This document shows, in pieces, positions 32,446 to 42,521 of a stretch of 64,000 nt of DNA. The DNA is from a virus (lineage: Duplodnaviria; Caudoviricetes). How positions within the stretch are numbered: the stretch's first letter is position 1; each line of letters opens with the position of its first letter. The stretch is taken from positions 32,001 through 96,000 of IMG/VR virus record IMGVR_UViG_3300033463_000027; one strand, written 5' to 3'. The notes beneath the pieces are model-generated. The model was not told the origin of the DNA and searched no databases. It saw nothing but the letters and a program-made list of their open reading frames with translations. The position numbers and the translations under genes are program-made.

Positions 32446-33306
32446 TTAATAGCGGTTCATGGGATTAGGACTGCCCCAATCACCACCTATATCATCTTCA
32501 TAAATATCCTTGTTAATGGGGTTGGGATTCTTCTTGGTTATAGGCTTGCCAATGTATGTGATTGGCATAAACTCATCCGAGTTACCAAATTTTTTATTGA
32601 GAAGTTCATATTTCAGCCTACTCATAGCACCGCTTATATTATTCTCGGCATTTTCATTATTGAGTACATAAATATTGGGAGCATTTGTAATACCATGATA
32701 GGTATAATAACTTCCAGTTTGGCGACATACCAACAATCCTATTTCACATAAGCTATTTACACATGAATCATATTTGCTTCTGGACATTCCTAAAGTGTTA
32801 GCTGCAATATCTCCTGCAACATAATAAGCTGATATAGATTTTCTACTATCCACATTGTCAACAAACATAAAAGATTTTATATACAAATATACACGTAATA
32901 GGGAAGCTTTGTTTCTGTACTGATAGTTGTTTATAATGGTGTCATACTCTTTTTGAGTTAGTTTCAGAAATCTTTCTTTAGGAATATAAGAATTGGAAAG
33001 CACAACCTCTAAACATTCTGAGGGATTAATTTTTTCACCAACAACAGGATTGGATATTGTGATCCATTTCCTACCCAAGAAAAGATGTATATGTTTCCTA
33101 ATAAATGTATAATAAGAAGCCTTACGCCTATCAGCGGAACTGTACCCCGTATTATCACAAATCATCTTAATTGATAAGTATGCCTTGTTAGGGTCTGATA
33201 AAGTTCTGAAATTTAATATCCCTATATAGGTCATAAGCTCATACTCATCAACTTCATAAATATAGTCTGTGGGAATCTTGTAAAATATTTGATTTTTGTT
33301 ATCCAT
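32446..33306 (-). CDS. Putative HTH DNA-binding/replication protein
   Basis: LLRVYLYIK...LGMSRSK...NIYVL winged-helix-like. Confidence 0.5.
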   Translation of the reverse strand: MDNKNQIFYKIPTDYIYEVDEYELMTYIGILNFRTLSDPNKAYLSIKMICDNTGYSSADRRKASYYTFIRKHIHLFLGRKWITISNPVVGEKINPSECLEVVLSNSYIPKERFLKLTQKEYDTIINNYQYRNKASLLRVYLYIKSFMFVDNVDSRKSISAYYVAGDIAANTLGMSRSKYDSCVNSLCEIGLLVCRQTGSYYTYHGITNAPNIYVLNNENAENNISGAMSRLKYELLNKKFGNSDEFMPITYIGKPITKKNPNPINKDIYEDDIGGDWGSPNPMNRY

Positions 33307-33498
33307 TTTTCGTCCTCCAAACGGGTCACTTTACATTATTGTGCTACATGGGTAGTCATTACTTCTGTAAATTGCGTGTCATTAATGTGTGTAACATTCA
33401 AGATGCAAATTTAGAATAGATAAATAATTAAAAAATAAAAGATAAATTTTCTGAGCGCTCTCGCGCCCCCTTATTTGCTGCTTCGCAGATTTTTCTTT

Positions 33499-34299
33499 TT
33501 ATAAAGTCTTGTGATACATTTCATATTCCTTTTCTTTAGTAACAGTAAACTTTCTTTCATCATGATAATCAACTTTTATAACCTCATCTTTAGTAACATA
33601 GTTTTCAATATTAGAAGCAATGTTATATGCGAAAGCAATGCCTTTAGGAGTCCATAATACTCTATGGTCATCCGGGAGTTCAATTAATAATTCTTCCTGT
33701 TCTGCTAAAGGAGTAGGCAACCACTTATACATTTCTCTATGAGGATCATAGTAAGTATAACCTAATTTATACATCGCATAGTAGATTATCTTGTTACAAC
33801 ATTTCTTTTTAAAAGATTCGGGTAAGGCTGTTCCGATCTTATAAAAGTATAAATAGCCTTCGGCAATAAGAGATTGATTTTTGTGAAGTGATCCGGCGTT
33901 TTGATTATGTGATCCAGCGTTTTGAGATGAACTATCATTATGAGATGAGTTGTTATTCAAGGACTTGTTTTCTATTAGGAACAAGTCTTTGTTCTTGTCT
34001 TTCCATCGACAGTAACTATCATACTTGGTGATTAGTATATTAAGGTCGTAATAAACTCTTGCTACGTCTATAATGTTCTTGCCTTTTTCTATATTCTTGG
34101 CGTTTATTCTATTAAGATAGTTCATCTTTCTTTTCCACATATCAAGCAAGTCTACCGCTGGAATAGGTCTGCTCATGTTTTTGAAATTACCATGATAAAT
34201 CTTACCGAGATAAATATAAACGTGTTTAGGAAGAAATGTTATATTATAGTTCTCAAATATCCATTCTGTTATTTGTCGTTTGATTGAAACCTCTTTCAT
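33499..34299 (-). CDS. Hypothetical protein
   Basis: GGAGG RBS; internal QNAGS repeat. Confidence 0.6.
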   Translation of the reverse strand: MKEVSIKRQITEWIFENYNITFLPKHVYIYLGKIYHGNFKNMSRPIPAVDLLDMWKRKMNYLNRINAKNIEKGKNIIDVARVYYDLNILITKYDSYCRWKDKNKDLFLIENKSLNNNSSHNDSSSQNAGSHNQNAGSLHKNQSLIAEGYLYFYKIGTALPESFKKKCCNKIIYYAMYKLGYTYYDPHREMYKWLPTPLAEQEELLIELPDDHRVLWTPKGIAFAYNIASNIENYVTKDEVIKVDYHDERKFTVTKEKEYEMYHKTL

Positions 34300-34442
34300 T
34301 TATGTTCCTCCATAATTTATTAAAAAAACTGATTATTTTAAGCTTGATGTTCTTAGGGGTATAGTTAGTAGGGGAAGGGTCATTGAAGCGATTTTAGAGT
34401 GATTTTTGCCCTATTTATAGGGAGCATTTTAGTAAAGTCGTT

Positions 34443-34793
34443 TCATGTTTTGTTTTGCTTTAGTCTTTGTATCATTTCTTGTTTTTGTTCTTCTGAATAT
34501 TCTCTTTTCTTGGGAGATTTAAAACTAATTGCGTTCTTGGGAACCTGATAAAATTTTCCTGCAACCTCACCATCAGGATAGTAGTCTATATCGGTGATAG
34601 AATAGTTTAGTTTATCGAATTTGCGTATATGGGATTGGACTGCTGAGTAGATCGTCCAGTAACCATCGGCTTCGTTATAGACACAAGCTGTTTCACGTTC
34701 GTCTTTAGTAAGGCGTTGAATGGGTTCAACGTTGGTTCTCTGAACTTGTTCAGAGGTAGATTGTTGGATTGGTTCGATGTTGGTTTCTTTCAT
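34443..34793 (-). CDS. Conserved phage protein
   Basis: ERET...WTIYS...ISF pattern; AGGAGG RBS. Confidence 0.65.
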   Translation of the reverse strand: MKETNIEPIQQSTSEQVQRTNVEPIQRLTKDERETACVYNEADGYWTIYSAVQSHIRKFDKLNYSITDIDYYPDGEVAGKFYQVPKNAISFKSPKKREYSEEQKQEMIQRLKQNKT

Positions 34794-35059
34794 ATTTGTT
34801 CCTCCTGTAATAATGCAAGTTGATTTGTTATGTAGGTGCGACGATAGATTTCAAGAGAGTAATAGGTTGGGAAGTAAGATAGGATTGATTTGAAATCGTT
34901 GTTGGATTTGGATTCAGAGAACAGGTCTGGTATTGGGAGATGAAATTCTGAAAAGAGTTTAAATGTTTCTCTGATATCTCGTATTGAGGGAGGTTTTTTA
35001 CGGGATTCTTCTTGGGGATAGGAATGGGTGATTAGGATTGATAGGTTTGTATCGTACAT
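34790..35059 (-). CDS. Hypothetical protein, first gene of leftward arm
   Basis: AAGGAG RBS; upstream TTGACA...TATAAT on minus strand. Confidence 0.6.
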   Translation of the reverse strand: MYDTNLSILITHSYPQEESRKKPPSIRDIRETFKLFSEFHLPIPDLFSESKSNNDFKSILSYFPTYYSLEIYRRTYITNQLALLQEEQI

Positions 35060-35099
35060 GATTAGTTTCTCCTTTTTGGTACAGTGTATATTGTTATTA

Positions 35100-37100
35100 G
35101 GATATAGTTATACCCTATTCTATTATACCACGTTTAGTATGGTGGTGTCAAGTGGTTTTGTGGGTACAGCATATAATTTTGTATAGGTGCAATATTGGTT
35201 ATATTATTTAATTTATAGTAGGTTGAAGGGGTGATGATAGGGGTCTGAGATAGGATTTTTGGGGTGTTTGATTAATTATACGTGTTTAATTGTTTCGGTG
35301 AGATTGCGGAAAGGGTTGATTTTCAAGGGTTAGAGAGGGGTTGGGTAGGTTTGATTTATCGTTTTTCGATAAAAAGAAAAAGTAGTAGGAGTGGTGATTC
35401 CTACTACTTGGTGGAGAGATAATTGGGTATTTTGTTTGTATTTACGTGGGGTTTACGTGTTTTTGGGGTAGGGGAGTACGTGGGGGTAAAGAGGTACGGA
35501 AGGTTTGGGAGCGGGGTGAGTTGATTTGGTGGTAACCTAACCACGCCTTGCGGGGTCGGGGTCAGGTCATGAACGTAAAGTCACCCCGGTCTCTGAGCGA
35601 GATCGTCCGGGTATAGTAGTTTGTGCGGTTCAAGTACGCGGGTTTATCCCGCGTTTAGAGCAATTGCAAAAATTCAATAATATCGTCGTTTGCGGCGTGT
35701 TTTGCCGTCGGCGGTGGGTGCTCTTTACATTTCGTTTTTTGCACAAAGTCGAAATGTCAAGGCAAATTAACCCTCATGCAAGCCGAACAAATCAGCGGTT
35801 GACTTTTCAGGGGCTTGAATTTGTAGCAGAATAACAGGTGTTATAGCGTGATATCATTTTGATATCATTTTGATATCGGTATACGTTACGCCTAAACAAA
35901 TATGTTTAGTCTACATTTTCTCCACTCTCGGTGTATAAAATGCAGATTTACAATCACTTACAATTACTTACAATTTGTTTGACAAAATACAAATATCCTC
36001 GATCACTTCCGCAAATTACTAAACAAATATGTTTAAGTTATCAATACTAAACAAATATGTTTAGTATAACTATCATTATTATATTTATTACAAATTGGTT
36101 ACAATATATTACAATATGGTTACAATAATTACAAATCAATTACAATACTAATTATTACAAAACAGTTACAAATAGTTACAAACTAATTACAAATATTACA
36201 ATAAAGTATCAACAAAACTTTCAACACTATTCAACAAACTTTCAACAAAAATAAGTTTACCATAAAAACAAATACATAAAATATCGGTCAAATAAATCAA
36301 TCTGATTTTCTTCGATCGTATAACTATACGATGCACATATACAAATCAGCTACAAATCACCTATACAATATATAGTATATATCAATACAAAAAAGCATAA
36401 AAGACACTACATCTTGTATGCTAACATATTATCATATACAATTATATTATGATTTACACAAAAAATCATTCCGCTATATACAAAAATATATACCTATATG
36501 CAATTATTTCATTACATTCATTTAACTATTAACATCTTATTCACATTCACCAATACCGCATATTATATGCAATATACACAACTTTCAACAATTAAATTTA
36601 TGCACATTTACTTTAATTATCAATCACATACATATTAATAATCTATTCATAAATTGGTGATCTGCCTGAGCAGGCATTATATATAAATCATATATAATAT
36701 AAATCATAACAAATATAAATCAACTATAATCAAATCTGCAAATATTACAAATCAAACATAATATGAATTATACAATATCCGATATATACATAACAAACAT
36801 CAATCATTTTACAAGTAAATTACAATTAAGCTGCGCATTATCAATATTTATTAATTGATAAATATTGCGTTATGTCAAACTATTTGTAAATAACTGTAAA
36901 TGATCTTGGTGCCTGAGCAGGCACTTTATATATATTTTAAACATATTATACTTTAAATATAACTATCCTGATCTCCGATACCTTCCCCCGAAAAATCATA
37001 TATAACACACTTTATCAAACTGTAAGCGATTTAAGGCGGGTTTGTATGTGGGTAGTATAGTTATATAGGGTATACACTAAAAACGTCATACGGGGCTTGT
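35100..37100. other. Long non-coding region with strand-skew switch and repeats (candidate packaging/terminus or origin)
   Basis: G/T-rich plus strand to ~35560, A/C-rich after ~35880; 3x CTAAACAAATATGTTTA, many TTACAA, 2x TGCCTGAGCAGGCA. Confidence 0.5.
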
Positions 37101-37119
37101 TAGGCGGTTTATAGGTATT

Positions 37120-37341
37120 TTATAATTCACCTTTAATTATTTTATTCAAATCTGTCAAGGATATACCAAACATATATTTAAACGATGTTTGGGCGTTTAT
37201 ATTCATTGCTTGCGCTTGCAAAACTAATGTTTTTATTATATAATTTTGTAAATCTTTATCGGATTCAAAAACCATATAACTAATATCATCTGTTATATTA
37301 TTATCTGATTTTTTCAATTCAGATTTCTTTATTGTAAACAT
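37120..37341 (-). CDS. Hypothetical protein
   Basis: GGAG RBS; follows 37348-37557. Confidence 0.55.
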   Translation of the reverse strand: MFTIKKSELKKSDNNITDDISYMVFESDKDLQNYIIKTLVLQAQAMNINAQTSFKYMFGISLTDLNKIIKGEL

Positions 37342-37347
37342 TATTAT

Positions 37348-37557
37348 TTACTCCAAATCTATATTATTATCTATTATATAATTAGTTGCTTTTATTATAT
37401 ATTGTGCTATACTCATATTATATAAAGATGCTGTATTTCGTATCATTTCCGCATCTTCGGGTTTTATCTTTATAGATATATTTTTATAATGGGATTTAGA
37501 ATATTTGGCATTTGCTCGAATTTTCGCATCACTATTCTTTTTTTGTGCATTTTCCAT
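37348..37557 (-). CDS. Ribbon-helix-helix-like DNA-binding protein
   Basis: RANAKY...ISIKIKPE..EMIR..A..NMSIAQYI. Confidence 0.65.
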   Translation of the reverse strand: MENAQKKNSDAKIRANAKYSKSHYKNISIKIKPEDAEMIRNTASLYNMSIAQYIIKATNYIIDNNIDLE

Positions 37558-37615
37558 AAACTTTAGACTCCTTTACTTTGCTAATTTATTTATCTATACA
37601 AATTGATCTTGCTGG

Positions 37616-37754
37616 TTACAATATATTGTGGTGTAAGACTTTGACAAACACAATATATTGTATTACAATTCGTCTATTGTACATAATATACAATTCGTCT
37701 ATTGTAAGTTTGTGCAATTCGTCTATTGTATTCCTGATTGATTCGTGATATAAT
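37616..37754 (+). promoter_or_regulatory. Divergent control region: two sigma-A promoters, tandem NrdR-like boxes, 3 direct repeats
   Basis: TTGACA(37641)-17-TACAAT; TTGTAT(37726)-17-TATAAT; CAATTCGTCTATTGTA at 37666, 37691 and 37715. Confidence 0.65.
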
Positions 37755-37874
37755 AAGTACAACGAAAAGAACAAAACCCGAATCAAGGCGGTTAGCCTTA
37801 ACCCCTTTAAGGGGCGCAAAAAGGGTTGACGTTCTTTGAGTTACCCACTCTTTAACGGGAGGGGGTGAATACAT

Positions 37875-37988
37875 ATGAATCTGCTGATTGATCTTATCTT
37901 TGCGGTTCCGCTTGGCTTCTATCTCTGGCAAGGGTTCAAAAGTCAAGTCGATAAAGCAAGTAAGGGCAAAAAGCACGAAAAGCGGTAA
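37875..37988 (+). CDS. 37-aa membrane peptide, type I toxin-like
   Basis: GGAGGGGGTGA RBS in a stem; MNLLIDLIFAVPLGFYLWQGFKSQVDKASKGKKHEKR. Confidence 0.5.
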   Translation: MNLLIDLIFAVPLGFYLWQGFKSQVDKASKGKKHEKR

Positions 37989-37999
37989 TATTTACCGCT

Positions 38000-38535
38000 G
38001 ATTGACAAAACCCCAAAAGGACCCTACCGCGGGGCTGCTGTATAAGCATAAATGCGGGGCGGTGTGAGCTGAAAAGCCGTTATCCGTCGGGGGAATGTCA
38101 ATTATAAGTCAAGCGGTTTTCGGTGTCTGCTTAAACGCCGGCGGTACAAGTCAATGAACCTGTAAGTCTTGACCGTATGGGGGTATCTTGAAAATTTAGA
38201 TATCATGTAGTTGCGGCGGTAACTGTCGAGGTGGATGACCTTCCATGTGAAAGCTCTCTCCGCTATCAGTACGCCCAAATAAAAAAATGTTGCTCCCTTG
38301 TAACATTTGCGGTAAAACTGCTAAAACTGCATGACGAAACACTAAAGTAAATAGACGTTACAAGATCGCCTAAATTTTGCGGATAATAGGTGGTATGTGC
38401 CGACTGGATTAGAATGTATTCTATGAAGGCGGCAACAGCGTAAAGGGGTTTACGGCTGATGACCTTCCGACGATCTCGGAATAGCGGTCTTGTGAGTATT
38501 GAAACGGTGTAAAATATGAATGTCTGATTACCTAC
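38000..38535 (+). ncRNA. Large structured ncRNA candidate (ROOL-like)
   Basis: ORF-free, GC-elevated ~530 nt with long-range stems (ATTGACA..CCCC/GGGG..TGTCAAT; CATGTAGTT/AACTGCATG). Confidence 0.45.
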
Positions 38536-38748
38536 AATTCCAATTCAAATTTTTAGGCAATAATCGGAATCAAGCTCTGACATTATCCCCATCTTATCAT
38601 ACCACAACGGGGCTAAAAAGTCAAGGGCTGATTCTGATTTGCGCCTGAATTTGTACGAATTAACCATAATTCATGCGGTTAGTTTGTAGAGATTTAGGCA
38701 CAAAATAGGTGTCTATTGGTTTTTTAACTTGAATTGGAGGGATTTTCT

Positions 38749-39048
38749 ATGAAAAAAACAACGTCTATGATCTATACACCTTCGCATGAAGCGCGTGAGC
38801 TTTACGTGTACACTATCAATTGTGGGCGTGTAGGTGACTACATGAATGCAATAGAGGAAAATCTGCGTAAAAAGATAAGAGCAAACAAGTATGATTCCGA
38901 AAAGGCTTTAGGCGCTTTTTATAATCTTGCTTGTGAAGGTTCCAGAATGTACGGGCTTGACTTCGGTTATACTTTCGATGTAACCGCACGTTATACCGCG
39001 GCTGTAGATATGCGTAACGCTTTTGAGCTTGACGAACTGGAGGCGTGA
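38749..39048 (+). CDS. Early hypothetical protein
   Basis: TGAATTGGAGGG leader/RBS then ATG. Confidence 0.7.
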   Translation: MKKTTSMIYTPSHEARELYVYTINCGRVGDYMNAIEENLRKKIRANKYDSEKALGAFYNLACEGSRMYGLDFGYTFDVTARYTAAVDMRNAFELDELEA

Positions 39049-39262
39049 ATCATGATATTCGATCTCATAATCCGCTTGCTCTGCGGAGGTCTCTGTAACT
39101 TCGGGCGGGGTCTGAATGATCTCGCCCGTTAACTGTAACAGTCGTGCAATAGTCGCGGCTGCGCGTGTTTTCTCGTGGTTACTTTTCGCGTGAATGAAAA
39201 ACCACCACCACAAGCGGCGGCATCCGCTTAAACTGTCAAATAATGAATTGGAAGGTGATTGT

Positions 39263-39604
39263 ATGAATATTACAATTAAAGGAAATAAGCGACTGATTTC
39301 TGCTAAAACTCGGTTTATGTTCGCATTCTCTGATTCAATCTCTGAATCAAGGGAAAGTGAATCTGAAAAAATCAAGGCTATGATTGAAAAAATAGCCGAT
39401 GATCACGACGGATTCAGCATTACTTTATACTTAAACGATGGGCGCAAAATGCGTTATATCGGGTTTGTATACGGCGATGAATGGCGGGTTGCTTACTTCT
39501 ATAACGGCGTTCCCTATGGTCATTTCTCGGATACTGAACACTTTTTAGATGAAATTGTATCATTTGTTACAAATGGATACGATCTCTATGTAAAGGCGGT
39601 GTAA
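39263..39604 (+). CDS. Early hypothetical protein
   Basis: TGAATTGGAAGG leader then ATG. Confidence 0.65.
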   Translation: MNITIKGNKRLISAKTRFMFAFSDSISESRESESEKIKAMIEKIADDHDGFSITLYLNDGRKMRYIGFVYGDEWRVAYFYNGVPYGHFSDTEHFLDEIVSFVTNGYDLYVKAV

Positions 39605-39606
39605 CT

Positions 39607-39804
39607 ATGAAATACTATAGCATTTTTCGTCCTGTTGGAATAGGCACGTTCCCTAAATATGCGGATAATAAAGTGATTGAAATAGTCAACTTTGATTATC
39701 GGAAATACGTCCCTGAAATAGGGCGTGAGGCGTGGGGTTATATCGTGTATGAATCGGAAATAGCGGAAACGGATGCAAGGTCTTACGATCTTGTCAAGGA
39801 ATAA
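39607..39804 (+). CDS. DarA C-terminal-like domain protein
   Basis: YYSIFRPVGIGTFPK...NFD.RK...REAWGYIVY...YDL. Confidence 0.65.
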   Translation: MKYYSIFRPVGIGTFPKYADNKVIEIVNFDYRKYVPEIGREAWGYIVYESEIAETDARSYDLVKE

Positions 39805-39811
39805 TCATGAT

Positions 39812-39876
39812 ACTATGCGGCATAGCGGTGTAAACCTGCCTATCTTCGGATATTGGGTGCAAGTCCCTTGCATAGT
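39812..39876 (+). ncRNA. Small structured RNA with GGUGCAAGUCC hairpin (twister-sister/RAGATH-like)
   Basis: Closing stem ACTATGC/GCATAGT; internal GGCA..TGCC, TATC-TTCG-GATA and GGG-TGCAAGT-CCC. Confidence 0.45.
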
Positions 39877-39927
39877 CTTATCCCTTGAATCAAAGGGAAA
39901 TTTTATGAATTGGAAGGGGTTGCTATT

Positions 39928-40266
39928 ATGGCAAGAATGACAAATACTGAAATAGTAGCTTTCGCTTGGGGTCAACTTGTCGGCTCTGGCGTGATCTCTG
40001 CGGAGGAAGAAATTCACACCTTTGCAAAGTGGAAAAGTCTCGGCTATGCCGTAAAGCGTGGTGAAAAGTGCGTGGTAAAGCTGACAATATGGAAGCATAC
40101 CACAAAACAAATTACGCTTGAAAACGGTGAAAATGTGGAAGATACAAGAATGTTCATGAAAACGGCTGCATTTTTCAGCACTTCGCAAGTTGAAAAGATT
40201 CAGCCCGTGAAACGTGTTGACCCGTCGGAATACATCGGAGTAAAGCGCACAATAACATTAAGGTGA
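39928..40266 (+). CDS. ArdC-N-like ssDNA-binding protein
   Basis: HTFAKWKSLGYAVKRGEK...IWK...FFSTSQVE. Confidence 0.7.
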   Translation: MARMTNTEIVAFAWGQLVGSGVISAEEEIHTFAKWKSLGYAVKRGEKCVVKLTIWKHTTKQITLENGENVEDTRMFMKTAAFFSTSQVEKIQPVKRVDPSEYIGVKRTITLR

Positions 40267-40352
40267 TCTGAAAATAGGGCTTGACTGGAATAATTCAAGC
40301 CCTGATTTGAGGTCATTTAATACGATCTCGGAATGAATTGGAGGGTGATACT

Positions 40353-40673
40353 ATGATGTATTCGGAATTTATCGAACGTACTGGCTATGACAAAAATTAC
40401 ATCACTTTTGCAGATTATGCGGATTTTATCGAACCTGCATATATGCGGCTTGACGTGGATAAAGACAAATTCTGCAAGAAATTTCAGCACCTTTACAGAG
40501 AAAAAGTGTTTGGTGCTGTAGAATTAATGATTATCGGTCATACCTTAGCGGAAAAAGAATCTTATATTTGCGGTGAGTTTGATATGTCTGACGTACAAGG
40601 TGCAGAAAAGCTTATGCAACGTGGATTCTTTAAGGAAATAAAGCGGGGACATTATGACAAAAAGCTCGTTTAA
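40353..40673 (+). CDS. Early hypothetical protein
   Basis: MMYSEFIERTG...IEPAYM...DKDKFC. Confidence 0.7.
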   Translation: MMYSEFIERTGYDKNYITFADYADFIEPAYMRLDVDKDKFCKKFQHLYREKVFGAVELMIIGHTLAEKESYICGEFDMSDVQGAEKLMQRGFFKEIKRGHYDKKLV

Positions 40674-40761
40674 ACTCTTGAATAATAGGCATGATCTCGG
40701 AATCATGCCTTGAATTGAGGGGCTTAAACTCTCGGAATTTGAATTGAAAGGTGGAATCTCT

Positions 40762-41085
40762 ATGACTACAAGAGAAAAGAGGTATGCACTTCTTAGCAAT
40801 GCGCGGAATAATCTTGACATTGCTATGCGGGAACTGTCGGAAGCTATCAACACATACAAGCAGACTGCGGAAATATACAAGCAATACCGCATGAATGGTG
40901 ACTATGTGTGCAAGGAATTTTGTGTAAATGGCAAATTCTACACACTGGAAAAAGCACATGACGAAATGGATGCGGCTGATTCTGCGGTAAGGTCTGCGGA
41001 AAATCAAATAACAGATTACAAATTCGGAAGTGATGCGGAAATTGAAGCGTGGTATACTATGCTTGAAATAGCGCACATAATTTGA
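40762..41085 (+). CDS. Early hypothetical protein
   Basis: RBS and ORF. Confidence 0.65.
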   Translation: MTTREKRYALLSNARNNLDIAMRELSEAINTYKQTAEIYKQYRMNGDYVCKEFCVNGKFYTLEKAHDEMDAADSAVRSAENQITDYKFGSDAEIEAWYTMLEIAHII

Positions 41086-41089
41086 TGAA

Positions 41090-41163
41090 AAGCCGAAACA
41101 GGGGACTCAAAATCCTCTGTCGTGCGGAATGGTATTCAGTGCCTGACGATGACAGCTATCATT
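41090..41163 (+). ncRNA. Type II hammerhead ribozyme
   Basis: GAAA(41095), stem III CAGGGG/CCTCTG, UC cleavage site (41121), stem I, CTGACGA(41143); loop AATGGTA pairs with downstream TATCATT. Confidence 0.65.
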
Positions 41164-41192
41164 GAATGTTTATTGAATTGGGAGGAATCACA

Positions 41193-41516
41193 ATGTATAC
41201 AAGCATAAGAAATTATCCGTCAATGTACAATACAGACGGAAAACCGGATATACTTTACTCTATCCGTATGCGTGAAAAGTACGGAATCAACACGGTATTC
41301 AACTATGAGGATATAGAAAACGCTGGTTTTGAAGTCCTCGACTGCGTGGAAGGCTGTCTGTGTGATAGTGTGATCTGTGAAGATGATAACGGAAACGTGG
41401 TTATCTTTGCGGAAACTGCACTGAATGAATGGTGTAGTGCTCTTATCCCTATCAGAAAAAGCAGTAATGCGGAAACGTGGGATTATTGGTACAATGAGTT
41501 TGTACCTGAATCGTAA
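41193..41516 (+). CDS. Early hypothetical protein
   Basis: GGGAGG RBS; EGCLCD...ETALNEWCS. Confidence 0.7.
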   Translation: MYTSIRNYPSMYNTDGKPDILYSIRMREKYGINTVFNYEDIENAGFEVLDCVEGCLCDSVICEDDNGNVVIFAETALNEWCSALIPIRKSSNAETWDYWYNEFVPES

Positions 41517-41708
41517 TAACGATCTCTACTATTTACCTTCAATTCAATTCGATATCAAGCCGCTCGGAATCCGGGCGGTAAGATATCGGAATATGAACGA
41601 ATTGTAAAAGTTTACAGTGTACCTAATTTTCGCTTGACATAAGCGGAAATTGGTAGTATACTATATACAACATTATACGGTGTACCTAAACGGAAGGAGT
41701 GTGTAAAC

Positions 41709-41804
41709 ATGAAAGTCAATCTGCGGAAAACTGGCGTTAAGGTACTGCTGAAAAAGCGGTATGTCAACTTAGTAAAAAACGGCAGACAGTACATATATAG
41801 ATGA
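41709..41804 (+). CDS. 31-aa basic peptide
   Basis: TTGACA(41634)-17-TATACT promoter and GGAAGGAG RBS. Confidence 0.4.
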   Translation: MKVNLRKTGVKVLLKKRYVNLVKNGRQYIYR

Positions 41805-41938
41805 TTTGCCGGAAAAGTCCTATACTATGTGTAGGGCAAAAGAAAAGAGACAACAAAACTATTCGCAAACGGACAGAAAAGCCGATAGAACGCGCTCTGA
41901 TGCGGTTTGCGGCTATGATTGAAATGGAGGTTTTATGT

Positions 41939-42508
41939 ATGGGTAAAAGGAATGAAATATACGACGATTACGCTTTTTTATCGTCGGAATATGAAAAGGA
42001 AACTCGGCAATATCTCTTTGATGAATACGGAGAGTTTGAAGATTGGGAATCTCCGGAAGATATTTCAGATACTCGTGTTTTTGATGAAATAGACGTGCAA
42101 AGAGGATTTATCTTTGAAGATGAAATGGAAATGATTAAATCTTTCTTTGAGGATAAGCAGCTTTTGGTCTGCGGTTCATGCGGCTTATGGTATGGACGTG
42201 TTGACGGAGGAAAAGTTATAACTGTTGATAAACTTTCGGATTTATGGAATGACTGCGGTATGTGTTATATACACCTGTATGACGAAAACGGTCATTTCTT
42301 TGTGGAAGTCGCTCACCATGACGGAACTAACTGCTTTGAAGTCAAGATATTGACGGAAAAAGGATATGAAATTTATTCTGATTGGGAGTATGATTATCGG
42401 TATAGTGAACTTTCGGAGAGAGAAATACATGAAAAGCTCTGGAATGATAGTCACTATACACATATTCCTCATTATGCAAGGGAAGTATTCGGAGTAAAAA
42501 CAAGGTAA
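41939..42508 (+). CDS. Acidic early protein
   Basis: GGAGG RBS; GLWYG...HHDGTN. Confidence 0.7.
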   Translation: MGKRNEIYDDYAFLSSEYEKETRQYLFDEYGEFEDWESPEDISDTRVFDEIDVQRGFIFEDEMEMIKSFFEDKQLLVCGSCGLWYGRVDGGKVITVDKLSDLWNDCGMCYIHLYDENGHFFVEVAHHDGTNCFEVKILTEKGYEIYSDWEYDYRYSELSEREIHEKLWNDSHYTHIPHYAREVFGVKTR

Positions 42509-42521
42509 AGGAGTGTTGAAA

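Noticed and set aside
38455-38510. Hammerhead core (CTGATGA...GAAAC)
   Set aside because: No closing stems II/III in the right geometry.
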